Program-made: the position numbers and the translations under genes | The notes under the pieces: generated by a model | What the model saw: only the letters and a program-made list of their open reading frames with translations | Database searches by the model: none | What the model was told of the DNA's origin: nothing | IMG/VR virus record: IMGVR_UViG_3300007625_000001 | Source of the DNA: an uncultured virus (IMG/VR IMGVR_UViG_3300007625_000001) | Lineage: Duplodnaviria > Heunggongvirae > Uroviricota > Caudoviricetes | Length of the DNA: 64,000 nucleotides | Strand: one strand, 5' to 3' | In this document: positions 55,023-64,000 of the stretch, in pieces | Layout: each line of letters starts with the position of its first letter | Position numbering within the stretch: position 1 is the first letter of the stretch

Positions 55023-57899
55023 ATGGCACGTCAGTTAATTGAAAAATACATCTTCTCTCCAAATGCAGCAGGATATGGTACAGTAAAATTTCCTGGTAAA
55101 GTTGATTTAACTCAACTTTTGATTATTGCAAATAAAACTCAACAAACAAACGTCTATGCGATTGGTGACCCTACTAAGAATGGTACAATCGTATATGATC
55201 CAGATGATGTTACTTTTATGGGTAGCACAGCACAGTATTCTGAACAGGTTGGTGCAAGTACTGTAACATTCGCAGCTGATACTGCTTCAATGTTATCTAC
55301 TGATAAAATTGCTATCTATACTGATGCGCCAAAACAAATTGGTAACATCGTTCGTCCTTACGCATTCGGTGTTGATGCTATTGAACGCCAGAGGGTGGCA
55401 ATGCCCCAAGCGTTAATTGACGCTGACTTTGAGTATGGATTACAACCAACTAAATGGCAGAACTATTCTGACATTCGTGGTATTCCAGGTATTTACGAAA
55501 AACCTGGACTTGACTTGTTCATGACTAACATTACTTCAGATGGTGGTAATCCATCTGTTATGACAGTTACATGTTCACAGGCGCATGGACTTTCTGTGGC
55601 TCAGCCAGTTATTATCTTCGGTACTGCTGGTGTATCAAATGCTGCTCGTGCTGAAGGTGCTTTCGTTGTAACAGCTGTGCCAACTTCTACTACCTTTACA
55701 TTCTTTGCTAAAGGTATTGTTGGAACTAATGGATCTTCTATTTGGAATCAGTCTACATATGCTCGTCGTGGTGGCTTTTATGCTGGTGCTGGTCTACCAA
55801 TCACTGGATATGTTTCTAATGCAGCATCTCCTTCTATCATTACTGTAACATGTTCTGCCAACCATGGTTTAGTGGCTGGTGCTCCAATCGTTAACATTGT
55901 TACTTCTTCTGGAGTATATCATGACCTAATGGGTGGTAACTTCTTCGTTGAATCAGTTCCCACTGGAAATACATTTACATTTACTGCTCGAGTTGGTGGA
56001 GCAGTAGCAAATGCGTCTATCGTAGCTACAACATATACTCGTTCTGATGCTTATGTTCAACACAGACCATTCGATGGTGGTGTTAACATTGGTACATTCT
56101 TACCGTCTCATGGTGCATCTGTTTCTCGTCAAACTAAAAAATATATGCGTTACCAATCTGGTAAAGGTATGCTCTGGACTTCAGGTGTTCTGTTTAATCC
56201 AGTTATGAACTTAGACCAAATTTCTGCAGCAGCAACTTCTGTTGGTTCATTAATTACAGTATCCACTGAAATTGACCATGGTCTACAGGCTGGCGCAACT
56301 ATTCAAATTGCTGGTGTTGTTACTTCTGGTTATAATGGTACATATGGTGTAGGAACTATTGTTAATGAATCGTCATTTACAGTTAATGCTATTCAGACTC
56401 TTGGTTCTACTTCTGCTGTTATTACTAATCTACCACGTGTTACTGTTAAAAATTGGATTGGTGCTTCTACTCGATGCGGTCCATTTGATGATCAAAATGG
56501 ATTATTCTGGGAATTTGATGGTCAAGAATTAGCAGTCGTTAAGAGATCTGCGACTTATCAGTTATCAGGATTCGTTGCTGTAACTGCTGGTTCACAATCT
56601 GTTGCTGGAACTAACTGTCGTTTTACTCAACAATTAAAAGTTGGTGATTCTATCGTTATTCGTGGTATGACATATCGTGTTGGTTCTATTACTGATGATA
56701 ACACTATGTCTATCAATCCAGAATACCGTGGTGTTAATAATTCATCTGGTATTAAAATTGCTCACGTAATTGATACTCGCATTCCACAATCACAATTTAA
56801 TTTTGATAAGATCGATGGTACTGGTATCTCTGGTTACAATATTAACCTAAACAAAATGCAGATGTTGGGGATTTCATTCTCATGGTATGGTGCTGGTTTT
56901 ATTGACTTTATAGTTCGTGGTGGTGATGGTAATATGATTCAAGTTCATCGCATGAAACAGAATAACGTAAATGATGAAGCATATATGCGCACAGGTAATA
57001 CTACTGTTCGTTATCAAGCGATTAACGAATCTGCTAGAGATCGTTTGGCTGCAACTATGACAAACAGTCAAACAAGCATGACATTAGTAGATGCATCAAG
57101 ATTTCCATCTACTGGTGGCATTGTATTAGTTGATAGTGAATACATTTCATTTACTGGTAAAGCAGGTAATGTATTAACTGGACTAACTCGAGCAGCAACA
57201 TTCTCTATGTTCGTTGGTGGATCTACTAAAACATTCTCTGGTGGTGCAGCTGCAGTTCATGCTGTTGGTAATGGATTTAACTCAGTGACTCTTATTAGTT
57301 GCACTTGCTCTCCAATTATCAATCACTGGGGTTCTTCATATATTATGGATGGTAACTTTGATACAGATCGTGGTTATTATTTTAACTACGCTGCAACTGG
57401 AATTGCATTAACATCTGGTCAAACTAAAACTGCATTCTTCTTAAGACTTGCACCGTCCGTATCAAACTCAATTGCTGGTCAATTTGGAGATCGAGATCTT
57501 ATTAATCGTTCACAATTATTACTACAGCAATTACAAATTCAATCAGATCAGTCAGTACAGGTTTACGGCATTTTAAATCCAGGTAATATTGATGCGTCAT
57601 CATTAACTTGGACAGCGGTTAATACTACTGCTCTTGGTTCTCAACCTTCGTTCGCTCAAGTTTCTACAAGTAGTTCAACTACTGCATCTCCAGGAGAACA
57701 AAACTTTAGTACGTTGGGTCAACCAGCTGGATTTGCGCAGATTGACTTATCAAACCTTAAAGAATTAACAAACTCAGCAATTGGTGGTTACTCAAATTAT
57801 CCAGATGGTCCAGACGTCTTAGCAGTTGTTGTTAAAAATCTAACTACCAATACTGCTACTGCCAATATTAACCTATTCTGGTCAGAAGCACAAGCCTAA
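55023..57899 (+). CDS. virion structural protein (fibre / receptor-binding associated)
   Basis: LIDADFEYGLQPTKW, three HGL..G..I repeats, RQTKKY.RYQSGKG, SWYGAG, HWGSS.IMDG. Confidence 0.75.
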   Translation: MARQLIEKYIFSPNAAGYGTVKFPGKVDLTQLLIIANKTQQTNVYAIGDPTKNGTIVYDPDDVTFMGSTAQYSEQVGASTVTFAADTASMLSTDKIAIYTDAPKQIGNIVRPYAFGVDAIERQRVAMPQALIDADFEYGLQPTKWQNYSDIRGIPGIYEKPGLDLFMTNITSDGGNPSVMTVTCSQAHGLSVAQPVIIFGTAGVSNAARAEGAFVVTAVPTSTTFTFFAKGIVGTNGSSIWNQSTYARRGGFYAGAGLPITGYVSNAASPSIITVTCSANHGLVAGAPIVNIVTSSGVYHDLMGGNFFVESVPTGNTFTFTARVGGAVANASIVATTYTRSDAYVQHRPFDGGVNIGTFLPSHGASVSRQTKKYMRYQSGKGMLWTSGVLFNPVMNLDQISAAATSVGSLITVSTEIDHGLQAGATIQIAGVVTSGYNGTYGVGTIVNESSFTVNAIQTLGSTSAVITNLPRVTVKNWIGASTRCGPFDDQNGLFWEFDGQELAVVKRSATYQLSGFVAVTAGSQSVAGTNCRFTQQLKVGDSIVIRGMTYRVGSITDDNTMSINPEYRGVNNSSGIKIAHVIDTRIPQSQFNFDKIDGTGISGYNINLNKMQMLGISFSWYGAGFIDFIVRGGDGNMIQVHRMKQNNVNDEAYMRTGNTTVRYQAINESARDRLAATMTNSQTSMTLVDASRFPSTGGIVLVDSEYISFTGKAGNVLTGLTRAATFSMFVGGSTKTFSGGAAAVHAVGNGFNSVTLISCTCSPIINHWGSSYIMDGNFDTDRGYYFNYAATGIALTSGQTKTAFFLRLAPSVSNSIAGQFGDRDLINRSQLLLQQLQIQSDQSVQVYGILNPGNIDASSLTWTAVNTTALGSQPSFAQVSTSSSTTASPGEQNFSTLGQPAGFAQIDLSNLKELTNSAIGGYSNYPDGPDVLAVVVKNLTTNTATANINLFWSEAQA

Positions 57900-57922
57900 A
57901 TATATCGAATTAGAGGAAAACT

Positions 57923-60322
57923 ATGTCAACACAAGTACAATTTAGACGAGGTACAACTACACAAAATAATGCGTTCACTGGAGCGCAGGGTGAATTGTCT
58001 GTTGACACCGATCTTAAAACGATTCGTCTACACGATGGAACTACCGCAGGTGGTGGTTCCACTATGCTTAATAACATCTCTGCACAAACTGCTTTAAATA
58101 AAACATTTAGTACTGGTTCTGTTTGGCAGGGTAATGCTGTTGGTTTAGGTTATGGTGGTACAGGTTCTGCTCTCAGCCCAGCAGCTGGTGCTGTTCTGTA
58201 TTCTACTGCCAGTGGTCTTGCTCTTTCTGCAGCTGGTACTTCTGGTCAAATTCTAGTTTCTGGTGGTGCTGGTGCTCCGACATTCGTTGCTGCTTCTTCT
58301 ATCGCAGCTGGTACTTCTACTACAGCTGCTACTGCTACTAACATCGCTGGCGGTTCTGCTGGTCAGTTAGTTATTCAAGCAGATACAAGTTTATCTACAT
58401 TCATTACTGCTGGTGCATCAGGTACATTCTTGCGCTCTGCTGGTGCTGGTTATGCACCTACTTGGGCGACTGCAGACGTAACAATTGGTTCTACTGTTAT
58501 TGCTCTGGGTAGTTCTTCTACTAGTTTAGCTGGTATGAATATTATTGCAGCTACTGGTACTAGCCATTGGACACTTCCAGTGGGTACAACTGGTAATCGT
58601 CCAGTTTCTCCTGCTGCTGGTATGGTTCGTTACAACTCTACAATCACTTCGTTCGAGGGTTATTCATCTGGTGCATGGTCTTCTCTTGGTGGTGTATCTT
58701 CTGTAGATAAGTTTACATACATTCAAGCAGAAACTTCTGCCAATGCTTCTAATGGTGATCTAGATTTCTTTGCTGAAGATGCAGCTGGCACTGCTGCCAC
58801 TCAAGTTGGTCAGTGGAATAGAACTAACCTTAAAGATTATACTGGTACTTTAGTTGGAACACAAACTACTCAGAATGTCTTTAACGCTACTGCAACAACT
58901 GTTAATGCTTTTGGCGCAGCGACTACACTTTCTCTTGGTGCTGCAAGTGGTACAGCGACTGTTAATAACTCAACAGTAACATTAGCCAATGCTACTGCTC
59001 TTAACATTAATGGTGCGTCTCCAGCAATTGCTACAACTAGTACTACTGCTTCCCTATTCAACTCAACAGTTACTACATTAAATATCGGTGGTGCAGCAAC
59101 TACTATTTCTATAGGTGCTGCAACTGGCACACTAACAATCAATAATGCAAATACAGTTATTACTGGTAACTTAACTGTAAACGGCACAACTACAACAATT
59201 AACTCAACAGTAACTTCTGTTGATGATATTGAATTTGAATTAGGTTCTGTTGCATCTCCAACTAATGTTACTGCCAATGGCGGTGGTATTCGTCTTAAAG
59301 GTACTACCGATAAGACTATTACTTGGGATAGCACTAATGCTAACTGGACTTCTAGTGAAAACTGGAATCTTGCTACTGGTAAGACATTTAAGATCAACAA
59401 CGTATCAGTTCTAACTGCTAATGCTGTTCTTAATGATTCTACTCAAACATCTATTACTGTTGGTGGTTCTGCCACTGCGATTACTCTAGGTGCTAATAGT
59501 GGAACATTAACTATTGGTAACCCAACTGTTGTTGGAACACAAACAACACAAAACTTATTTAATACAGTAGCAACTACTTTAAATATTGGTGGTGCATCGA
59601 CTGCACTAAACTTAGGTGCATCTACAGGTACAGCGACTATCGCTAACCAAACTGTTACATTAAGTAATGCCACTGCATTGAATTTGAATGGCGCTTCTCC
59701 TGTAATTGCTACAACTAGTACTACTGCTTCAGTTTTTAACTCATCAGTTACTACTCTCCATATTGGTAGTGCAGCAACTACACTAGCGATTGGTAATGCC
59801 ACTTCTGCTACCTTGACTCTTCGTCCAGGAACTGTTGTTGGATCTAATACCACTCAGAACTTATATAATACAGTTGCCACTACTTTAAACTTAGGTGGGG
59901 CAGCAACTGCACTAAACTTAGGTGCATCTACTGGTACTACAACAGTTAACAATGATTTAACAGTTGCCTCTGGTAAAAAGATAGTAATGACTAACATCTA
60001 CGATATCGTAGCATTTAGTGGTTCAACTTCTGGAACTGGTGCCACAGCAATAACTACTTTATCTTCTTCTGTGTATCGTTCTGGTAAAGTTGTACTGTCA
60101 ATCACTAATGGTTCTGTTTATAGAATTATGGAAATGTTGTTTATGCATGATGGTACTACTGTAACATTTAACGAAAACTACACAGTTGCCAATGAAATGC
60201 AAAGTGCAACTACTAATACTACATTTAGTGGATCTATCTCTGCTGGAACTTTAACGATCTTTGCTACTTGTTCTTCTGGAACTTCTGCAATAAAAGGTCA
60301 AGCAACTTTATTCAAGGTATAA
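57923..60322 (+). CDS. tail fibre with Mtd-N-like N-terminal domain
   Basis: QVQFRRGTT.....FTGA.GE..VDTD....LHDG.T.GG; LP.GTT..RP...GM.RYN; internal duplications. Confidence 0.85.
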   Translation: MSTQVQFRRGTTTQNNAFTGAQGELSVDTDLKTIRLHDGTTAGGGSTMLNNISAQTALNKTFSTGSVWQGNAVGLGYGGTGSALSPAAGAVLYSTASGLALSAAGTSGQILVSGGAGAPTFVAASSIAAGTSTTAATATNIAGGSAGQLVIQADTSLSTFITAGASGTFLRSAGAGYAPTWATADVTIGSTVIALGSSSTSLAGMNIIAATGTSHWTLPVGTTGNRPVSPAAGMVRYNSTITSFEGYSSGAWSSLGGVSSVDKFTYIQAETSANASNGDLDFFAEDAAGTAATQVGQWNRTNLKDYTGTLVGTQTTQNVFNATATTVNAFGAATTLSLGAASGTATVNNSTVTLANATALNINGASPAIATTSTTASLFNSTVTTLNIGGAATTISIGAATGTLTINNANTVITGNLTVNGTTTTINSTVTSVDDIEFELGSVASPTNVTANGGGIRLKGTTDKTITWDSTNANWTSSENWNLATGKTFKINNVSVLTANAVLNDSTQTSITVGGSATAITLGANSGTLTIGNPTVVGTQTTQNLFNTVATTLNIGGASTALNLGASTGTATIANQTVTLSNATALNLNGASPVIATTSTTASVFNSSVTTLHIGSAATTLAIGNATSATLTLRPGTVVGSNTTQNLYNTVATTLNLGGAATALNLGASTGTTTVNNDLTVASGKKIVMTNIYDIVAFSGSTSGTGATAITTLSSSVYRSGKVVLSITNGSVYRIMEMLFMHDGTTVTFNENYTVANEMQSATTNTTFSGSISAGTLTIFATCSSGTSAIKGQATLFKV

Positions 60323-60325
60323 TAT

Positions 60326-61285
60326 ATGGCAATCCCAACAACTAGAGAAGGTTTAAAACAATACTGTCTCCGTGACTTGGGTGCACCTGTACTCGAAATT
60401 AACGTAGATGATGATCAACTAGAAGATCGTATTGATGAATCGTTAGATTATTGGAGACAATATCACTATGATGGTATTGAAGAAATTTATTTAAAACAAC
60501 TTATACGTGCTTCTGAGATCACTCTAACAGCTAGCGTGGCTGGTACATTTGATACTGGTGAAATAATTACAGGTGTTTCTTCTGGAGCAAAAGCAACAGT
60601 TTGTGTAGAATCTCAAAGAAAATCTAATGGAACATTACTATTAGTTAAAAAGGTCACTGGAACATTTACTGCAGGTGAAGCAATTACTGGTTCTGCTGGA
60701 CATAATGCTACTCTTAGTTCTATCACTCTAAGAGAGTACGATAACAAATACATAATTGTCCCAGATTATGTTTGGGGTATAACAGGTATTCTTAACATTG
60801 GGCAAGCATCTTCTTCTAAGAATATGTTCGACTTGCAATACCAGTTGCGTTTAAATGACTTGTATGATTTAACTTCTACATCAATCATTTATTATACAAC
60901 TGTGATGCAGCATTTAGACTTACTTGATTGGACTCTAAATGGTAAAGCAGATTTTAGATTCAATAGACTCCAAGATCGCATGTACTTAGACATTAACTGG
61001 GACTCAGATTTATTTCTTGGTGATTACATAATCATTAAAGGATATCGTGCAATGGATCCTACCACTTGGTCTAAAGTTTGGAACGAGACTTGGCTAAAGA
61101 AATATACATCTGCATTGTTTAAGAAACAATGGGGAACAAACCTTAAGAAATTCAAAGGTATTCAACTTCCAGGTGGAGTTGTTTTAGATGGCGATACACT
61201 ATACCAAGAAGCAATTGCAGAAATACAGATGTTAGAACAAGATTTAATTACCAAGTCTGCGCCACTAAACTTCATAATGGGCTAA
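60326..61285 (+). CDS. gp13: neck protein
   Basis: L..YCLR.LGAPV.EINV.DDQ..DRI, K.QWG.NL.KF.G.QLPGGV.L.G. Confidence 0.95.
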   Translation: MAIPTTREGLKQYCLRDLGAPVLEINVDDDQLEDRIDESLDYWRQYHYDGIEEIYLKQLIRASEITLTASVAGTFDTGEIITGVSSGAKATVCVESQRKSNGTLLLVKKVTGTFTAGEAITGSAGHNATLSSITLREYDNKYIIVPDYVWGITGILNIGQASSSKNMFDLQYQLRLNDLYDLTSTSIIYYTTVMQHLDLLDWTLNGKADFRFNRLQDRMYLDINWDSDLFLGDYIIIKGYRAMDPTTWSKVWNETWLKKYTSALFKKQWGTNLKKFKGIQLPGGVVLDGDTLYQEAIAEIQMLEQDLITKSAPLNFIMG

Positions 61286-61286
61286 A

Positions 61287-62216
61287 ATGTCAACAACAAA
61301 TGTTTATTTCTCTCAGGGAACTAAAAACGAACAGTTCCTAATTGAGGATTTGATCATAGAATCGTTACGTATTTACGGTAACGAAGTTATGTACATCCCT
61401 AGAACTTTGGTTTCTAAGGATAATATTCTTGGTGAAGATCGTCTCTCTCAATTTAAGTCTGCATTTCCTATTGAAATGTACTTCGAGAACGTAGACTCGT
61501 TTGCAGGACAAGGTGCTTTTATTCAGAAGTTTGGTTTAATGATTGAACAATCTGCCACTCTGGTATGCGCACGTAGAAGATGGGAACAGTTTGTTGGGCG
61601 CTATGGAGTAACTACAATTCCAAGTCGCCCAAACGAAGGTGATTTGATTTACTTCCCACTATCAAAGGGGTTGTTTGAAATCAAATTTGTTCAACATCAA
61701 GATCCATTTTATCAACTTGGTAAACTTTATGTTTACAAACTGCAAATTGAATTGTTTCAATATGCTTCTGAGTTTATCGATACTGGTATACCTGCTGTAG
61801 ATGCATTCGAATCTCTAAAATCATTCACAACTAATACTACCAGAAGTTCTCGTGGTGAGGTTGTTAGTATCACTATGACCAATCTTGGATCTGGATATAC
61901 TTCTGTTCCGACAGTTTCATTTGTTAGTGGAAGTGGTTCTGGTGCTACTGCTACAGCAATTAGGGGAACCTCTGGAGCAAACCTTAATAAAATTACAGGT
62001 GTGACTATTACAAATGGTGGTACTGGTTATCAAAGTGCTCCAGTCGTACAATTTACTGGAGGTGGTGGAATTGGTGCTCAAGCAACTGCTACTATCGAGA
62101 CTAATATAGACAAAGCAGCAGACTCTTTCGCTGACAATAATTCATTCAAGAAAGAATCTGTTAATGTTATTAATTTTGATGAATCAAATCCATTCGGTGA
62201 AATAAACAATGCTTAA
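61287..62216 (+). CDS. gp14: neck protein with inserted beta-repeat module
   Basis: EQ.L.EDL..ES..IYG..V.YIPR, RPNEGDLIYFP, FEIKFV, FYQLGK.YVY.L, F.ESNPFG. Confidence 0.95.
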   Translation: MSTTNVYFSQGTKNEQFLIEDLIIESLRIYGNEVMYIPRTLVSKDNILGEDRLSQFKSAFPIEMYFENVDSFAGQGAFIQKFGLMIEQSATLVCARRRWEQFVGRYGVTTIPSRPNEGDLIYFPLSKGLFEIKFVQHQDPFYQLGKLYVYKLQIELFQYASEFIDTGIPAVDAFESLKSFTTNTTRSSRGEVVSITMTNLGSGYTSVPTVSFVSGSGSGATATAIRGTSGANLNKITGVTITNGGTGYQSAPVVQFTGGGGIGAQATATIETNIDKAADSFADNNSFKKESVNVINFDESNPFGEINNA

Positions 62217-62952
62217 CGATAACGTATACTATCATGGAATAATTCGAAAAAGCATTGTTGCTTTTGGTCGTTTATTCAGCGACATCTATATTGATCGCAA
62301 ACAAGGTGACTCTGTTACTGGAACTACACTACAGCGTTTGCAGATTCCTCTTGCCTATGCACCAAAAGAAAAATGGTTAGTTAGAATTGATGGAGATCCA
62401 ACTTTAGAAAATAACGTAAACACTGTTCTCCCAAGAATGTCTTTTGAGATCACTGGTTACAATTATGATGCTGCTCGTAAGACTAATCGTATGCAGCAGA
62501 TTAAATCTGGTAATAGTCTTAACAAATCAGTTATGTACACACCAGTCCCATACAACTTAGATATTTCTTTGTATGTGTTAACTAAAACACAAGAAGATGG
62601 TCTTCAAATTATCGAACAGATTCTCCCAACATTCACACCAGAGTATACATTAAGTGTTAATGCTGTGCCAGATATGGGTGTTGTTATTGATGTTCCCATT
62701 GTATTAAATTCTATTCAAGTACAAGATGAATACGATGGCGATTTTCAAACTAGAAGATCAGTGGTTCATACATTAAATTTCCAAATGAAATTAAACCTAT
62801 TTGGACCAATGTCAAATCAAGCAGTTATTGGTACTGTGTATGCCAATGTTGGTCAAAATGAAAACTTCGCAAATGCAAATAGAGTTTATACTGCAGAAGG
62901 TGATGTTACCACAGCTACTGTAACAACAGAAGACTGGACTTCGAATTTCTAA
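62209..62952 (+). CDS. gp15: tail sheath stabilizer / terminator protein
   Basis: YH..IRK..VAFG.LF, PLAYAPKEK, LPRMSFEI, PVPYN, QIIEQILP.F.P. Confidence 0.95.
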   Translation: MLNDNVYYHGIIRKSIVAFGRLFSDIYIDRKQGDSVTGTTLQRLQIPLAYAPKEKWLVRIDGDPTLENNVNTVLPRMSFEITGYNYDAARKTNRMQQIKSGNSLNKSVMYTPVPYNLDISLYVLTKTQEDGLQIIEQILPTFTPEYTLSVNAVPDMGVVIDVPIVLNSIQVQDEYDGDFQTRRSVVHTLNFQMKLNLFGPMSNQAVIGTVYANVGQNENFANANRVYTAEGDVTTATVTTEDWTSNF

Positions 62953-62954
62953 AC

Positions 62955-64000
62955 ATGGCTGAAATTTATAATTCGAATTCGAACTTAAAAGCTGCTGGTG
63001 TAACTGTACAATTTACTCCAGAAAATATTCAAGAGTACATTAAGTGTTCTCAAGATTACGTTTACTTTATTGAAAACTATTGCTATATCGTTACACTTGA
63101 CCATGGTCTTCAGTTGTTTAAACTGTATGATTGTCAGAAAAATAAACTACATATAATCCATCAGAATCGTCGTGTGATTTTAATGGAAGGTCGTCAGCAG
63201 GGTAAGACAACTACATCAGCTGCATACATTTTATGGTATACCTTATTCCAAGCAAACAAAACTGTAGCGATTTTGGCTAACAAAGCTACATCTGCTCGTG
63301 AAGTTTTAAATCGTTATCAAACTATGTATGAATTGCTTCCTCAATGGATGCAACAAGGTGTCACTACTTGGAATAAAGGTGATATTGAACTAGAGAATGG
63401 ATCTAAAGTATTCACTTCAGCAACTTCTGCTTCTGGTATTCGTGGTAAATCTGTTAACTTACTTTATGTTGACGAAGCTGCGATTATCCCAAATCAAGTT
63501 GCCGAGGAATTCTTTACATCTGTTTATCCAACGATTTCTGCTGGACAGACTACTAAGATTCTTTTATCTTCTACACCACTCGGCTATAACCATTTCTGGA
63601 AGTTTTGGAATGATGCTGAAAATGGTCGCAATGGGTTTACACCATTATTCATTCCTTATTGGGAAATTCCAGGTCGTGATGATAAGTGGGCAGCTGAACA
63701 GAAAGCCATGCTTGGTGAACTTAAATATAACCAAGAGGTTGCTTGTAAATTCCTTGGTTCTAGTTTAACTTTAATCTCTGCAGATGTTATCGCCAAGATG
63801 CCAGTCGATCCTATCATCTATACAAAAGATGGATTGGATGTTTATGTTAAGCCACAGGCTGGACATACTTATTGTATGGTCTGTGACGTAGCAAAAGGTG
63901 TTGGTGGTGACTATTCAGCATTCCAATTAATAGATATAACAGAAGTTCCATATAGAACAGTCGCAAAATACAGAAAGAATGATATTAGTCCTCTCTTATA
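62955..64000 (+). CDS. gp17: terminase large subunit (5' part, runs off window)
   Basis: Hand translation MAEIYNSNSNLKAAG...; Walker A EGRQQGKTT, ILANK, Walker B LLYVDEAA, STPLGYNHF, DVAKGVGGDYSA. Absent from ORF track because no stop lies in the window. Confidence 0.95.
   Translation, partial: MAEIYNSNSNLKAAGVTVQFTPENIQEYIKCSQDYVYFIENYCYIVTLDHGLQLFKLYDCQKNKLHIIHQNRRVILMEGRQQGKTTTSAAYILWYTLFQANKTVAILANKATSAREVLNRYQTMYELLPQWMQQGVTTWNKGDIELENGSKVFTSATSASGIRGKSVNLLYVDEAAIIPNQVAEEFFTSVYPTISAGQTTKILLSSTPLGYNHFWKFWNDAENGRNGFTPLFIPYWEIPGRDDKWAAEQKAMLGELKYNQEVACKFLGSSLTLISADVIAKMPVDPIIYTKDGLDVYVKPQAGHTYCMVCDVAKGVGGDYSAFQLIDITEVPYRTVAKYRKNDISPLL

Noticed and set aside
51790..59853. Many long antisense ORFs over the fibre genes (also at 18233-19366, 35215, 36682 and others)
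   Set aside because: Shadow frames caused by Thr/Gly/Ala/Val codon bias on the coding strand; no SD or recognisable motifs.
57923..60322. Diversity-generating retroelement suggested by the Mtd-N-like domain
   Set aside because: No reverse transcriptase and no template/variable repeat pair differing at adenines seen in the window; the repeats are in-frame protein duplications.
63397..63768. ORF-track 123-aa protein
   Set aside because: Alternative frame inside gp17, which is open from 62955 to the window end.
1..64000. CRISPR arrays, introns, inteins, homing endonucleases, transposases, standard tRNAs
   Set aside because: None recognised by eye and core genes read as uninterrupted frames; a short or divergent element could have been missed without a computational scan.

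Overview
A 64 kb AT-rich segment of a large T4-like myovirus (standard genetic code; no intron, intein, transposase or CRISPR array seen). 1-16 kb: early/accessory genes (CDGSH Fe-S protein, five 2OG-Fe(II) oxygenases, metallophosphoesterase, MazG-like, HAD nucleotidase, DenV-like, PhoH, GH19 lysin, exonuclease, a circularly permuted tmRNA with tag ANDAQFALAA, an outer-membrane beta-barrel, SleB-type hydrolase, ClpP, Gp88-like). 16-18 kb: gp33, gp59, gp32. 18-24 kb (minus strand): tape measure-like, gp51, gp26, gp16, holin, gp54, gp2, gp4. 24-64 kb: baseplate, fibre and neck genes through the start of gp17. The most notable observations: (1) a late-promoter-driven cassette inside the fibre region: a fibre with a His-rich, [19 protein letters not shown] tip, then a radical SAM/SPASM enzyme, a signal-less TRAP solute-binding protein and an asparagine-synthetase-like ATPase, read as a candidate RiPP-like virion-modification system; (2) a probable -1 frameshift joining gp26 to gp51 just upstream of the tape measure gene; (3) a CxxC..HxC mini-ORF filling the tmRNA intervening segment; (4) two covarying H-type pseudoknots; (5) late-promoter motifs in hairpin loops and several apparently leaderless genes. 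All product calls come from motif recognition and gene order, not database searches. The host is inferred to be a Proteobacterium, possibly a betaproteobacterium.
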